A stretch of DNA of 64,000 bases from Actinomycetaceae bacterium (GTDB lineage: Bacteria; Actinomycetota; Actinomycetes; Actinomycetales; Actinomycetaceae), in the NCBI GenBank assembly GCA_017539125.1, contig JAFYHO010000054.1:12171-76170 (forward strand), given 5' to 3'. Position 1 is the stretch's first letter. Each line of letters begins with the position of its first letter. Both the position numbers and the translations under genes were made by a program. The notes beneath the pieces are model-generated. The model was not told where the DNA came from, searched no databases, and worked only from the letters and a program-made list of their open reading frames with translations. Below, piece by piece: positions 1-8,667 of this stretch.

Positions 1-984
1 GGCGGGGTCTTTCTCGATATTCTCGCGGTATTCGTCGAGAGTGGTCGCGCCAATCATGCGGAGCTGGCCGCGCGCAAGCATAGGCTTAAGCATATTGCCC
101 GCGTCCATCGCGCCCTCGCTGCCAGCGCCCGCACCGACAATCGTGTGCAGCTCGTCGATGAAAGTGACGACTTCGCCTGCGCTGTCAGTGATTTCCTGCA
201 AGGCAGCCTTGAGGCGCTCCTCGAATTCGCCGCGGTACTTTGCGCCCGCCAGCATGGCGGCAATATCAAGCTGGATGAGGCGCTTGCCGCGCAGAGATTC
301 GGGCACGTCACCATCGACAATGCGCTGGGTGAGCCCCTCAACGACGGCGGTCTTACCCACACCGGGCTCACCGATAAGGACGGGATTGTTTTTGGTGCGG
401 CGGGAAAGGACCTGCACGAGGCGGCGGATTTCCGAGTCGCGCCCGATGACGGGGTCCATTTTGCCCTCACGCGCAAGAGCGGTGAGGTCCGTGCCGTATT
501 TTTCGAGAGATTGGAATGTGCCCTCTGGGTCAGGGCTGGTGACTTTCGCGTTCCCGCGGACGTTTGGCAAGGTCGCGGCGAGCGCGTCACGTGTAGCTCC
601 AGCGCTACGCAGGATATCGCCCGCCGTGGACTGCGAGGCGGCAAGCGCCATGAGCAGGTGCTCGGTGGAAATATAGGCGTCGCCGAGGGCTGTGGCTTCT
701 TTGCCCGCTTCACTGATGACGAGGGTGAGATTGCGTGAAGCGTCTGGGCGTGCGACAGACGAGCCGCTTGCCCCGGGCATGGCGGCGAGAGCGGCTTCGG
801 TGCGCGCGAGAATATCGGCGCGGTCTGCGCCGAGGGCGTCGAGCAGCGTGGGCGCTATTCCGCCTTCTTGGGAAAGAAGCGCGGCAAGTAGATGTGCCGG
901 CTCGACATGCGGGTTGCCTGCTGTGGTTGCCCGCATGATTGCGTCAGAAAATGCTTCTTGCGATTTTGTAGTCAACTTGTCCAT
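1..984 (-). CDS. clpB: ATP-dependent chaperone ClpB, first 328 codons (3' end runs off the left edge)
   Basis: Missing from the ORF track because it is open at position 1. My minus-strand translation from ATG (rc of 982-984) reads [33 protein letters not shown]...[59 protein letters not shown]...[17 protein letters not shown]. This shows a Clp N-domain, the NBD1 Walker A and a ClpB-type motif. A GGAGG SD (rc of 991-995) lies upstream. The + ORF 145-738 is its antisense shadow. Confidence 0.9.
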   Translation of the reverse strand, partial: MDKLTTKSQEAFSDAIMRATTAGNPHVEPAHLLAALLSQEGGIAPTLLDALGADRADILARTEAALAAMPGASGSSVARPDASRNLTLVISEAGKEATALGDAYISTEHLLMALAASQSTAGDILRSAGATRDALAATLPNVRGNAKVTSPDPEGTFQSLEKYGTDLTALAREGKMDPVIGRDSEIRRLVQVLSRRTKNNPVLIGEPGVGKTAVVEGLTQRIVDGDVPESLRGKRLIQLDIAAMLAGAKYRGEFEERLKAALQEITDSAGEVVTFIDELHTIVGAGAGSEGAMDAGNMLKPMLARGQLRMIGATTLDEYRENIEKDPA

Positions 985-1063
985 TATTTACCTCCTTGGA
1001 CGTTGCGTGTCTCTGACTACCCCAACGCATAAAAACTTGAGTCTATTCCACTCAAGTTTTGAC

Positions 1064-1696
1064 TCATACGTCACCCGTGAAAATGAACTGGGCATAGTCC
1101 GAGCCGTCACGCTTTGTGCGCCTATCCTCGGCAGCTTTCTCCAAGCCTTTGCTCTCGTAAATCTGCCAATTACAATCGGTATCGGTGTAAAGGAAATAGC
1201 GCTGAGCGCCGCAGCTACGGAAATAGTCAATCATATCGTCCCATAGCAGCCTCCCTATGCCTGTCCCCTGCATGGCAGGCAGAACGATATACATCTGGCA
1301 TTCGGCATCGCACATCTGGCGAGCGCCCGCTTCCAAAGCAGTATGGTCGCTTACATATTTACGGAATACCGACAGGAAGTGCCGTCCAGCTTCGCTCTCC
1401 TCCAGCTCGGCCTCTAGGCGCTCCATCTGGGCATGGGCATCGTCGCCATACACGATGGGCTCGCCTTTCACATTGGCAAACATAACCCCGACAACGCGCC
1501 CGTCCAGCCGCGCCACCCGCGCCAAGGTCGCCCGTCGTAGGTGCTGCGTGACAAAGAAAAGCGAGACTCTATCCTGCACACCCTGATAATCGCTGTGAAA
1601 CCACGCCTGATGTGCCAGCTCCGCCACCGCCTCGAGGTCGGCGAGCGCCATGTCCTCAAGTCTTGCGCGCCCCTCGCGCCCTGCCTCATTTTCCAT
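1064..1696 (-). CDS. GNAT-family N-acetyltransferase
   Basis: 210-aa ORF with a GNAT-type acetyl-CoA loop (LPAMQGTGIGRLLWDDMIDYFRSCGAQRYFLYTD). It is divergent from ybaK. Confidence 0.7.
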   Translation of the reverse strand: MENEAGREGRARLEDMALADLEAVAELAHQAWFHSDYQGVQDRVSLFFVTQHLRRATLARVARLDGRVVGVMFANVKGEPIVYGDDAHAQMERLEAELEESEAGRHFLSVFRKYVSDHTALEAGARQMCDAECQMYIVLPAMQGTGIGRLLWDDMIDYFRSCGAQRYFLYTDTDCNWQIYESKGLEKAAEDRRTKRDGSDYAQFIFTGDV

Positions 1697-1743
1697 GCCC
1701 CAATCCTATCGAGAAGGCTCAGCTTGGGGCATAAAATACTCCT

Positions 1744-2253
1744 ATGGCAAAAAAGAAGCGTGCGCGTGGCGGGACGGCGGCGCTCCGCGCGGTCGAGGCG
1801 GCAGGGGTGGATTGTCGCGTCCACGAGTACGAACATTCGATGCACATGGACCAGGGCTATGCGGTCGATTCGGCGCAGGTTTTGGGTTTTGAGCTTGACG
1901 AGGTGTTCAAAACGCTCATGGCGTATGCGGACGGCAAGCCCGTAGTCGGCTTGGTGCCGGCAAATGCGATGTTGAATTTGAAGTCGCTGGCGAAGGCTGC
2001 TGGGGCTAAGCGCGCCGAGATGATGAAGCCTGAGGACGCCGAGCGTTTGACGGGGTACGTGACGGGCGGTATTTCGCCTTTGGGCCAGCGCACGAGTTTT
2101 CCGACGTTTATTGACGCTTCCGCTGAGAAGTTGGAGCACATTCTCGTTTCTGGCGGCAAAAGGTCGCTGTCTCTTGAGCTTTCCCCGCAAGATTTATGCG
2201 CCTTGACGAATGGTGCTTTTGCGCCGATTGCCGACTATTCACGCCACTTTTAA
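1744..2253 (+). CDS. ybaK: Cys-tRNA(Pro)/Cys-tRNA(Cys) deacylase, YbaK/EbsC family
   Basis: 169 aa. It carries the family signature ...VFKTLMAYADGKPVVGLVPANAMLNLKSLAKAAGAKRAEMMKPEDAERLTGYVTGGISPLGQ... Confidence 0.8.
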   Translation: MAKKKRARGGTAALRAVEAAGVDCRVHEYEHSMHMDQGYAVDSAQVLGFELDEVFKTLMAYADGKPVVGLVPANAMLNLKSLAKAAGAKRAEMMKPEDAERLTGYVTGGISPLGQRTSFPTFIDASAEKLEHILVSGGKRSLSLELSPQDLCALTNGAFAPIADYSRHF

Positions 2254-2308
2254 CCTGACCGTTATCCCTAAAATCACAGTGGGCCAAAACTAGACCAGCC
2301 CACAATAT

Positions 2309-2575
2309 CTACAACGAAACAGAAGATGACGGCTTAGCAGAGCGTGAATAACGAATCAACGACCACACCAATAATGCAATACCAACAACAAGAGCAGCTA
2401 GAGAGAGAAAAGTCCACGCATTAATCCATAGTGGAGTCTCGTATCCTGCACCCGAATCAGTCGCAACTGCCATTGCTTCCCATTGAGAAAGATGATTGTC
2501 ACCAACTACAAGGGCTGCAAAAAACGATACTGCGCTTACTACCAACACTAAAGAAGCAGCAACAATTTTTTTCAT
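2309..2575 (-). CDS. small membrane protein (hypothetical, two hydrophobic segments)
   Basis: I moved the start to MKKIVAASLVLVV (rc ATG 2573-2575), which is preceded by AGGAGG. The product has an N-terminal signal/TM segment and a C-terminal TM segment. No recognisable family. Confidence 0.5.
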   Translation of the reverse strand: MKKIVAASLVLVVSAVSFFAALVVGDNHLSQWEAMAVATDSGAGYETPLWINAWTFLSLAALVVGIALLVWSLIRYSRSAKPSSSVSL

Positions 2576-2714
2576 ACTCAATCCTCCTATCACCAATTAC
2601 ACGTATGCTTCCACACAGTCTTCCACCAATCCAACTTATTCGGACGGAATCTTTCACGATTATATATCCCATCTAGCGGAAGCCGCCGAACAATGATGGG
2701 AGTAAGATACAAGG

Positions 2715-3158
2715 GTGGAATTGGACGACGCGCGCACTTTGGCTCGGACTTTTATGGATGCCTACGGCTTGGGCGATTGGGAGTTTTCTTTCGACCATGC
2801 TAAGCGTCGGCTTGGGCAGACGAATTTCACCGAGAAGCGCATTAGTCTTTCGAAGCATTTTGTTCAGGCTGGCGATTGGGAGCTTGTGCGCAATACGGTT
2901 TTGCACGAGATTGCTCATGCTCTTGTCGGCGAGAAGCATGGGCATGACGCTGTGTGGAAAGAGCAGGCGCGCGCTCTGGGTATTGAGCCGAAGGCTGCGA
3001 CACATGAGGCTCCTGCTGTGGAGAGTAAATATATTGGCACCTGCCCTAATGGGCATACTTTTGAGCGTCACCGCCGCCCGCGCGGCCTGCATTCGTGTAC
3101 GCAGTGCGATAAAAAGTTCAACCGCAATTTTCTCATCACCTGGCGGCAGCGTTACTAA
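2715..3158 (+). CDS. SprT-like zinc metalloprotease-domain protein
   Basis: GTG start. It has an HEIAH zinc-binding motif (VLHEIAHALVGEKHGHD) and a C-terminal Cys/His cluster (CPNGH...CTQC). Confidence 0.75.
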   Translation: MELDDARTLARTFMDAYGLGDWEFSFDHAKRRLGQTNFTEKRISLSKHFVQAGDWELVRNTVLHEIAHALVGEKHGHDAVWKEQARALGIEPKAATHEAPAVESKYIGTCPNGHTFERHRRPRGLHSCTQCDKKFNRNFLITWRQRY

Positions 3159-3193
3159 ATGTCGTTGCGAGGGGAGTATGAATAGCGGCAACC

Positions 3194-3853
3194 CTACTGA
3201 GAAAGGACGTCAATAATACCGTCGGCGCCGGCCTCCACGCAGGCGAGAGTGTCCCAATAGCCGGCGTCGTCGCCGTACCACGGGTCGGGCACGTCCGCCT
3301 TGCCGTTGGAAACGTAAAAGTCCTGATAACTCCCCCGCTTCGAGCGCCCCTCGCTGGCACTCTCAGCCAAAAAACCACCCTCACCGAAACAACCACCGAG
3401 GGCAATCTCCAAACCACTGTCGTCAAATTCGCGCCACAGGTGCAACACCGACAGGTCCAGGCCAAGCTCGCTCATGCGGCGGCGCAGGGAGCGGGCGTGC
3501 CCGACCGTCATCGCAAGAATAAGACCCGACTCGCGCAACTCAGCGTCGCTAGCGCGGTGTGCTCGGCGTGCCGGCACATCATAGCCTGCCTCGCGCAGCA
3601 CGCGCGCTGCCGGCGGATAGATGGGATTGCCCTGTTCTTCTGCGCTAACCCCGCAGCTTGCCACGCTGTAGCGCTCGTCCAAACCAGCCTCAGCCAAGCG
3701 CTCGCGCAGCACGACCTCCCCCATTGGTGAGCGGCAAATATTGCCCGTACACACGACCAGTATCTGTGGCTTGCGCGCCAAGTGCGCACGGATATTAGAG
3801 ATTGCTTCGTCGCTTCGCTCCTCGCAACGACGGGACGGGTTCTCGTTACTCAT
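3194..3853 (-). CDS. low-molecular-weight protein-tyrosine phosphatase
   Basis: CX5R(S) P-loop VVCTGNICRSPMGE and a downstream DPWYG aspartate loop. The track ORF (to 4024) reads through repeat DNA, so I use the ATG at 3853. An alternative TTG at 3781 would give MARKPQILVVCTGN. Confidence 0.8.
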   Translation of the reverse strand: MSNENPSRRCEERSDEAISNIRAHLARKPQILVVCTGNICRSPMGEVVLRERLAEAGLDERYSVASCGVSAEEQGNPIYPPAARVLREAGYDVPARRAHRASDAELRESGLILAMTVGHARSLRRRMSELGLDLSVLHLWREFDDSGLEIALGGCFGEGGFLAESASEGRSKRGSYQDFYVSNGKADVPDPWYGDDAGYWDTLACVEAGADGIIDVLSQ

Positions 3854-3998
3854 GCCCTTAGTATACAAACCCGTCGTCGCGAGGAGTCCCGCTAGGGACG
3901 ACGAAGCAATCAATAGTCCGTTACTGCGTGCGTTGCAAAGCAAGCAATGTCCATTATTGATTGCCGCGTCGGCACTCCGTGCCTCCTCGCAATGACGG
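3800..3998. repeat. palindromic repeat family, locus A: one reverse half-unit at 3800-3834 and a full unit at 3870-3998
   Basis: 3800-3834 reads GATTGCTTCGTCGCTTCGCTCCTCGCAACGACGGG. 3870-3998 runs CCCGTCGTCGCGAGGAG...CGACGAAGCAATCAATAGTCCGTTACTG...CAATGTCCATTATTGATTGC...CTCCTCGCAATGACGG. The arms are inverted copies of each other. Confidence 0.85.
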
Positions 3999-4027
3999 AG
4001 GCGGTGAGATGGCGGATGGCACACTCG

Positions 4028-6322
4028 CTACCGCTCGGTCAGATTAGCCTCGGAAGCAATAACCGACTTCGCCGACCAGTAACTCACCAGCGCATAGACG
4101 CCGTAAATCCCCACCACGAGCGCAGCCGTCACCAGCACCCCTCGACCAATCGACAGAGGCACAACAAACTCGATAACATCGACAGCCTCTCCCACTGCAA
4201 CCCACGCGTGGCAAGCCGCAACGAGAAGCGGCAGCAAGAAATACCACGCGACCTGCACAGCAACCGAGCGGTTCTCGTCCCGACGCGACGCGCCAATCTG
4301 GCTGAGGCGCCGATAGCGCGGGGCCGCCTCGCTCATGCTCGACAATATCTGAATCGCGAGCATCGCCGCGCTAATCATTGCCAAAACAAAAGCCACATAA
4401 ATCGACACGTAGGTGACAATCCCGAGGAACTCAACAGCGTATTCGACAATATCAGAATGCGTGTGCACCACACCCATAAACCAGCCGCCAGTCACCTCGT
4501 CATCCCCAAGTTCTTCTTCCGTAAGCGCGAAAGGGTCATAAAAATACTGCGCGCTCTGTTGTCCCGACGGCAGATTTTGGGAATCACCGTCAAAAGTGAC
4601 AGCTACATACACATGCGTATACGTGTCCTTTTGCTTACTAACCTCGTCAAAAAGCGAATCAGAAATGATGAGCATGCCAGTATTTTGCGCAATAAAATCC
4701 TCCAGGAAAATTGCTGCCGCCGACTCGTCGAGCGCCACGGCCGCCCTGCCAGCGGGCTTCACAGTCTGCCCCGCGACCTCAATTTCAAGCCCCGAATCGA
4801 GAGCGCTCACATACATATCGCGCAAGCCAGAAAAATTGAAAGAAAAGGCAACAGCGTACTCGCCTTCGTTTACCGTCATCGGCTCTAAACCGACGAAAGT
4901 ACGCCGCGTATTGTATGCCGAAATCGGCACCACTTCAAAGGAAGAATAATTGTAGTGCCCCATCTCCTTATCAATGGCGTAGCCCCATTGCGACGTGTCA
5001 TAGCCGCTCGCTTTTATGTAATCCGCCAAAGACGGCACGCTGTAACCGTCACTCACAGGATTGCCTTCATCGTCGGCCATATAACTGGCAGCAGCAATCG
5101 GAGTGATAGTCATGCGCGCGGGTTTGTCCATGAGCCTACCCGAATAAATCCCCTCGTCACTTGCAGCACTGCCAGTAAAAATACCTTTTTCGTCCAGCGT
5201 TGTGCGCACATCGTCCAAAGAGACAGATACTGTGTACGCGGCAGGCAAGTCCATGCTCGAGGAGTCGTTCTCGTCGATGGCGATTTCTTCGTAATTCATG
5301 TCAAAAGTGGCAGCGTACGGCGCATTTTTCTCAAGAGCTTGACGGACGGAAGTGCTCACACCGAAAGCGGGTGTAATGACGCCCAGCATGAGGAAGAGGA
5401 CAATCGAAATGCTTCCCATGGACAGCGCTGAGCTCTTGATTTTTGAGGCGAATTCGCGGACGGTAAACATATTGAGGCTGCGCCAATACACTGTGCGCGA
5501 GGCGCGCGCGAAATACAGTAGCGCCCCACCCAAGGAATAAAACAGCATATACGTGCCCGCGCACACGAGCGCCGTCGTCACCGCAAAATTCGTCCACGCC
5601 TGCGCGGTCTTTTCGTTATCCCCGTAGGAAAGCGCCTCGAAAGGATAGCCGATATCTATCAGGCGCCAATACGCCACCCCAATCAAAACCAGCGCGCCAA
5701 TAAACAGCCCAAGGGTGACCCACCGTGATTGCAGGCGGCTCACTTCGTTGGCGCGGGCGCGCTTGACCAAATCGACGAGCTGGAAGCGCCGCAGGGTAAT
5801 CAGGTTCAAAAGGAGGGTGAGCAGGAAGATAATTCCGAAGGCGATGACGGTCGTCAGAACGACTTCGGGTCGGAAAATGAAATGGTAGTTGCTGACGGTT
5901 TCTTGCAGGATACGTCCCGTCACGAAAACGAGGAATTGGCTGAGCAGCACGCCCAGGCCGAGCCCCACGACGAGCGCCGACAGCGAGGATAGGAAGGTCT
6001 CAATGGTGAGGATTGTGGCGACATTGCGCCGTCTCATGCCGAAAATTTGGTAGAGCGCGAATTCTTTCGAGCGCCGGCGAATGAGGTAATTATTGGCGTA
6101 AATGATGAGCAGGGCGAGGGCGACCATGAGCACATAGCTCAGGATGTCCATCAACTCGTCGATTGTTTGAATCATGCGCCGATGATGCGGGAGCATATCG
6201 ACGTGCGTATCGACGGTGTTGAAGGCGTAAAGCAGGGCGACGGAAAAGGCAATGGTGATGAAGTAAATCAGGTAGTCGCGCGAGGATTTGCGCACATTGC
6301 CGAGCGCCAGCTTAACGAGCAT
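4028..6322 (-). CDS. BceB-like ABC transporter permease (FtsX family, large extracellular domain)
   Basis: 764 aa. The N-terminus [35 protein letters not shown] is typical of BceB/VraG-type permeases. It has multiple TM segments around a hydrophilic domain of about 220 aa. It overlaps the upstream ATPase gene by 11 nt. Confidence 0.85.
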   Translation of the reverse strand: MLVKLALGNVRKSSRDYLIYFITIAFSVALLYAFNTVDTHVDMLPHHRRMIQTIDELMDILSYVLMVALALLIIYANNYLIRRRSKEFALYQIFGMRRRNVATILTIETFLSSLSALVVGLGLGVLLSQFLVFVTGRILQETVSNYHFIFRPEVVLTTVIAFGIIFLLTLLLNLITLRRFQLVDLVKRARANEVSRLQSRWVTLGLFIGALVLIGVAYWRLIDIGYPFEALSYGDNEKTAQAWTNFAVTTALVCAGTYMLFYSLGGALLYFARASRTVYWRSLNMFTVREFASKIKSSALSMGSISIVLFLMLGVITPAFGVSTSVRQALEKNAPYAATFDMNYEEIAIDENDSSSMDLPAAYTVSVSLDDVRTTLDEKGIFTGSAASDEGIYSGRLMDKPARMTITPIAAASYMADDEGNPVSDGYSVPSLADYIKASGYDTSQWGYAIDKEMGHYNYSSFEVVPISAYNTRRTFVGLEPMTVNEGEYAVAFSFNFSGLRDMYVSALDSGLEIEVAGQTVKPAGRAAVALDESAAAIFLEDFIAQNTGMLIISDSLFDEVSKQKDTYTHVYVAVTFDGDSQNLPSGQQSAQYFYDPFALTEEELGDDEVTGGWFMGVVHTHSDIVEYAVEFLGIVTYVSIYVAFVLAMISAAMLAIQILSSMSEAAPRYRRLSQIGASRRDENRSVAVQVAWYFLLPLLVAACHAWVAVGEAVDVIEFVVPLSIGRGVLVTAALVVGIYGVYALVSYWSAKSVIASEANLTER

Positions 6323-7106
6323 TGTCAGCGCCCCCGATGCTTGAGATGACGTTGACGATTGCGTCGAAGAACTCTGTGCGCGAGGAGGTGCCGCGCATCA
6401 GCTCGGTGAAAATGCGACCGTCACGGATGAAGAGCACGCGCTCGGTGAAGGAGGCGGCGTAAGAGTCGTGAGTGACCATGAGGATTGATGTGCCGAGGTC
6501 CTCATGCAGGTGAGCAAGGTATTCGAGGAGGAGCTTGGCGTTTTTGGAGTCGAGGGAGCCGGTAGGCTCGTCGGCAAGCATGAGGCGCGGGTGGGCGACG
6601 AGAGCGCGTGCGGCGGCGACGCGCTGTTTTTGGCCGCCAGAGATTTGGTAGGGGTATTTGTCGAGGATGTCGTCGACGTCGAGGGTGAGGGCGATTTCTT
6701 CGACGCGGTGGAGGATTTCGTCAGCTTTGACTTTTCCGATTGTCAGGGGCAGGGCGATATTTTCACGGACGGTAATCGTGTCGAGCAGGTTGGCGTCTTG
6801 GAAGATGAAACCGAGGTGTTTGCGGCGGAAGTCCGCAAGGTCGCGCGGACGCAGGGCGCTGAGGTTTTGGGTGCCGATGAAGACTTGACCAGCGGTGGGC
6901 TTGTCGATTGTGGCAATGCAGTTCAGGAGGGTTGTTTTGCCCGAGCCAGACGGACCCATGATGGCGACGTATTGCCCGCGCGGCACGTCGAAGCTGATCC
7001 CGTCGAGGGCGCGGGTTTGGGAGGTGAGCCCGCCGCCGTAGGTTTTTTCGAGCCCGAGCACTCGCAGGGCGGCTTGGTCGTCATAGGTTATCTGTGTTTG
7101 TGCCAT
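6312..7106 (-). CDS. BceA-like ABC transporter ATP-binding protein
   Basis: Walker [10 protein letters not shown], signature [15 protein letters not shown], Walker [13 protein letters not shown]. Confidence 0.9.
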   Translation of the reverse strand: MAQTQITYDDQAALRVLGLEKTYGGGLTSQTRALDGISFDVPRGQYVAIMGPSGSGKTTLLNCIATIDKPTAGQVFIGTQNLSALRPRDLADFRRKHLGFIFQDANLLDTITVRENIALPLTIGKVKADEILHRVEEIALTLDVDDILDKYPYQISGGQKQRVAAARALVAHPRLMLADEPTGSLDSKNAKLLLEYLAHLHEDLGTSILMVTHDSYAASFTERVLFIRDGRIFTELMRGTSSRTEFFDAIVNVISSIGGADNAR

Positions 7107-7150
7107 AGTCTTATCCTCTATGAAATCTGCGGACGGGCGCTATAGCTTTG

Positions 7151-7178
7151 CCTTACATTTAGGTGACATTTATGTAAG
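7151..7178 (-). promoter_or_regulatory. candidate BceR-type response-regulator binding site upstream of the ABC operon
   Basis: The minus strand reads CTTACATAAATGTCACCTAAATGTAAGG. This gives TTACA-N4-TGTCA plus a flanking TTACA...TGTAA inverted repeat, 45-72 nt upstream of the ATG at 7106. It resembles the TNACA-N4-TGTAA box recalled for Bce-like systems. Confidence 0.45.
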
Positions 7179-7200
7179 ATTTCTTTTTTCGTCAACCTCA

Positions 7201-7582
7201 CCCGTCATTGCGAGGAGCGAGGAACGAGCGACGAAGCAATCAATAGTCCATTATTGCTTGCATTGCACAGCAAGGAGTGGAGGGTCGGAACGCTTGTGTT
7301 CCAGACCGAAACGACGTAGCTGTATTCAGTCGCTACGCTCCTTTTGGCAACTGCGTCACTACGGTCTCAAAGAAGCAAGCTTCTTTGGACGCTTCGTTCC
7401 TTGTTGTGGAAGGCGTGCAACGCACGCCGAACAACGCTGACAAATGTCCATTATTGATCGCCATAACAAGGAGCGTAATGCCTGAGGGAGCTTGCTCACT
7501 CAAGGCTGGAGCGACGCAGTTATGAGAGGCAACGGAGTTGCCGAACACGTCGCAGGCGGAGCCTGCTCCTCGCGACGACGGG
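7201..7582. repeat. palindromic repeat family, locus B (largest composite array, about 380 bp)
   Basis: Starts CCCGTCATTGCGAGGAGCGAGGAACGAGCGACGAAGCAATCAATAGTCCATTATTG and ends CTCCTCGCGACGACGGG. It contains stacked hairpin modules, for example GGAGGGTCGGAACGCTTGTGTTCCAGACCGAA. The core at 7454-7552 is near-identical in reverse complement to 37674-37770. Confidence 0.85.
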
Positions 7583-7593
7583 ATTGGGAGAAG

Positions 7594-8658
7594 CTAATCA
7601 GCCGGCATGGGGAAGACAAAGGAGAACGCCGCGCCCTCGCCCTCAGTGGAGCTCGCGCGAATCCCAAGGCCCATTTTCTGTGCCAGTTTCGCCACTAGAT
7701 ATAGACCGAGTCCAGTCGCTTTTTCATTGCGCACGCGCCCGTTTTCCCCCGTAAAGCCCTTATCAAAAATGCGTGGCATATCTGCCGCTGAGATACCGCA
7801 ACCGTTGTCGGCGACCGTCAGCACGACCGTCCGTCCAGCGCCTTCGCCCTCATAGGCTGCGGAGAAAGACAAAACGGGCTGCACCTTGGCATCAGCATCC
7901 CCGTCCACACTCCCGTCTCCGTCCTGCACCCGATACTTCACGGCATTGTCGATGAGCTGCCCCAACATAAAGACGAGCCATTTTTCGTCACTCAACACGC
8001 AGATGCCGTCATCGATTCCAGACATATCGATGCTCATGTGTGCGTCGATGAGGCTGCGCCGCCGCTCGCGCACCGCCGCCGAGACAACATCGCGCACCGA
8101 AAGCCGGGAAATGAAATAGTCGCGCTCTACCGAAGAGGAGCGGGCGAAAAAGAGCGCCTGGTCAACATAGAAACCGACGCGGTCGAGCTGTGAAGCAATC
8201 TGGTTCGCCCCCGCCCCCGCACTAGGCGCATTCTCGAGCGCCAAATAGGCTGCCGCAATAGGCGTCTTGACCTCGTGTACCCACGATTCGATGTATTCGC
8301 GGTGCTCAAGCGCGCTGGTCGTGACGGCGTCGAGGCGTTCGCGTGCGTCGTAGTTGAGGGTTTCGCAGGCACGCGCGCCTGCTGCCTGCTCAGGGGCGGA
8401 GGTTTCTCGCGGTACGCGCTCGTCGAGCGGACTCTCGCTATCAGCGATGGTGTCGAAGGCTCGCCACGTGGGCAGGGTGTGCAGGAAGCCGAAAACTATC
8501 ATGGCCAACCATGCTCCGCAGACCGTCAAGGCGACAAGAATCGTCGCTTGCTTGTTAATTCCCGTGCCGCTGAGAACGAAAACAATCAGCGCAATACAAG
8601 CGGCCAGCACAACGAGTTGATACCAGCGCGAGAGGGCGTAGCGGGCGAAGCGTCTCAT
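7594..8658 (-). CDS. BceS-like intramembrane-sensing histidine kinase
   Basis: Two N-terminal TM segments with almost no extracellular loop. H-box WVHEVKTPIAAA, N-box LIDNAVKY, G-boxes DNGCGI and GLGLYL. Confidence 0.85.
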   Translation of the reverse strand: MRRFARYALSRWYQLVVLAACIALIVFVLSGTGINKQATILVALTVCGAWLAMIVFGFLHTLPTWRAFDTIADSESPLDERVPRETSAPEQAAGARACETLNYDARERLDAVTTSALEHREYIESWVHEVKTPIAAAYLALENAPSAGAGANQIASQLDRVGFYVDQALFFARSSSVERDYFISRLSVRDVVSAAVRERRRSLIDAHMSIDMSGIDDGICVLSDEKWLVFMLGQLIDNAVKYRVQDGDGSVDGDADAKVQPVLSFSAAYEGEGAGRTVVLTVADNGCGISAADMPRIFDKGFTGENGRVRNEKATGLGLYLVAKLAQKMGLGIRASSTEGEGAAFSFVFPMPAD

Positions 8659-8667
8659 CGAGTGTCC

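Noticed and set aside
3854-4024. 57-codon N-terminal extension of the LMW-PTP ORF
   Set aside because: The extension is a translation of the repeat-family unit at 3870-3998 and overlaps the terminator and stop region of the permease.
3947-4888. 313-aa plus-strand ORF
   Set aside because: It lies antisense to the BceB-like permease and begins inside repeat DNA. Its R/H/N-rich composition is typical of shadow frames in GC-rich coding sequence.
7120-7548. ORFs 7120-7440, 7277-7525 and 7333-7548 in the kinase/ABC intergenic region
   Set aside because: They lie entirely within the palindromic repeat array. Their peptides (VIARSEERATKQS and similar) are the stereotyped translations of the repeat.
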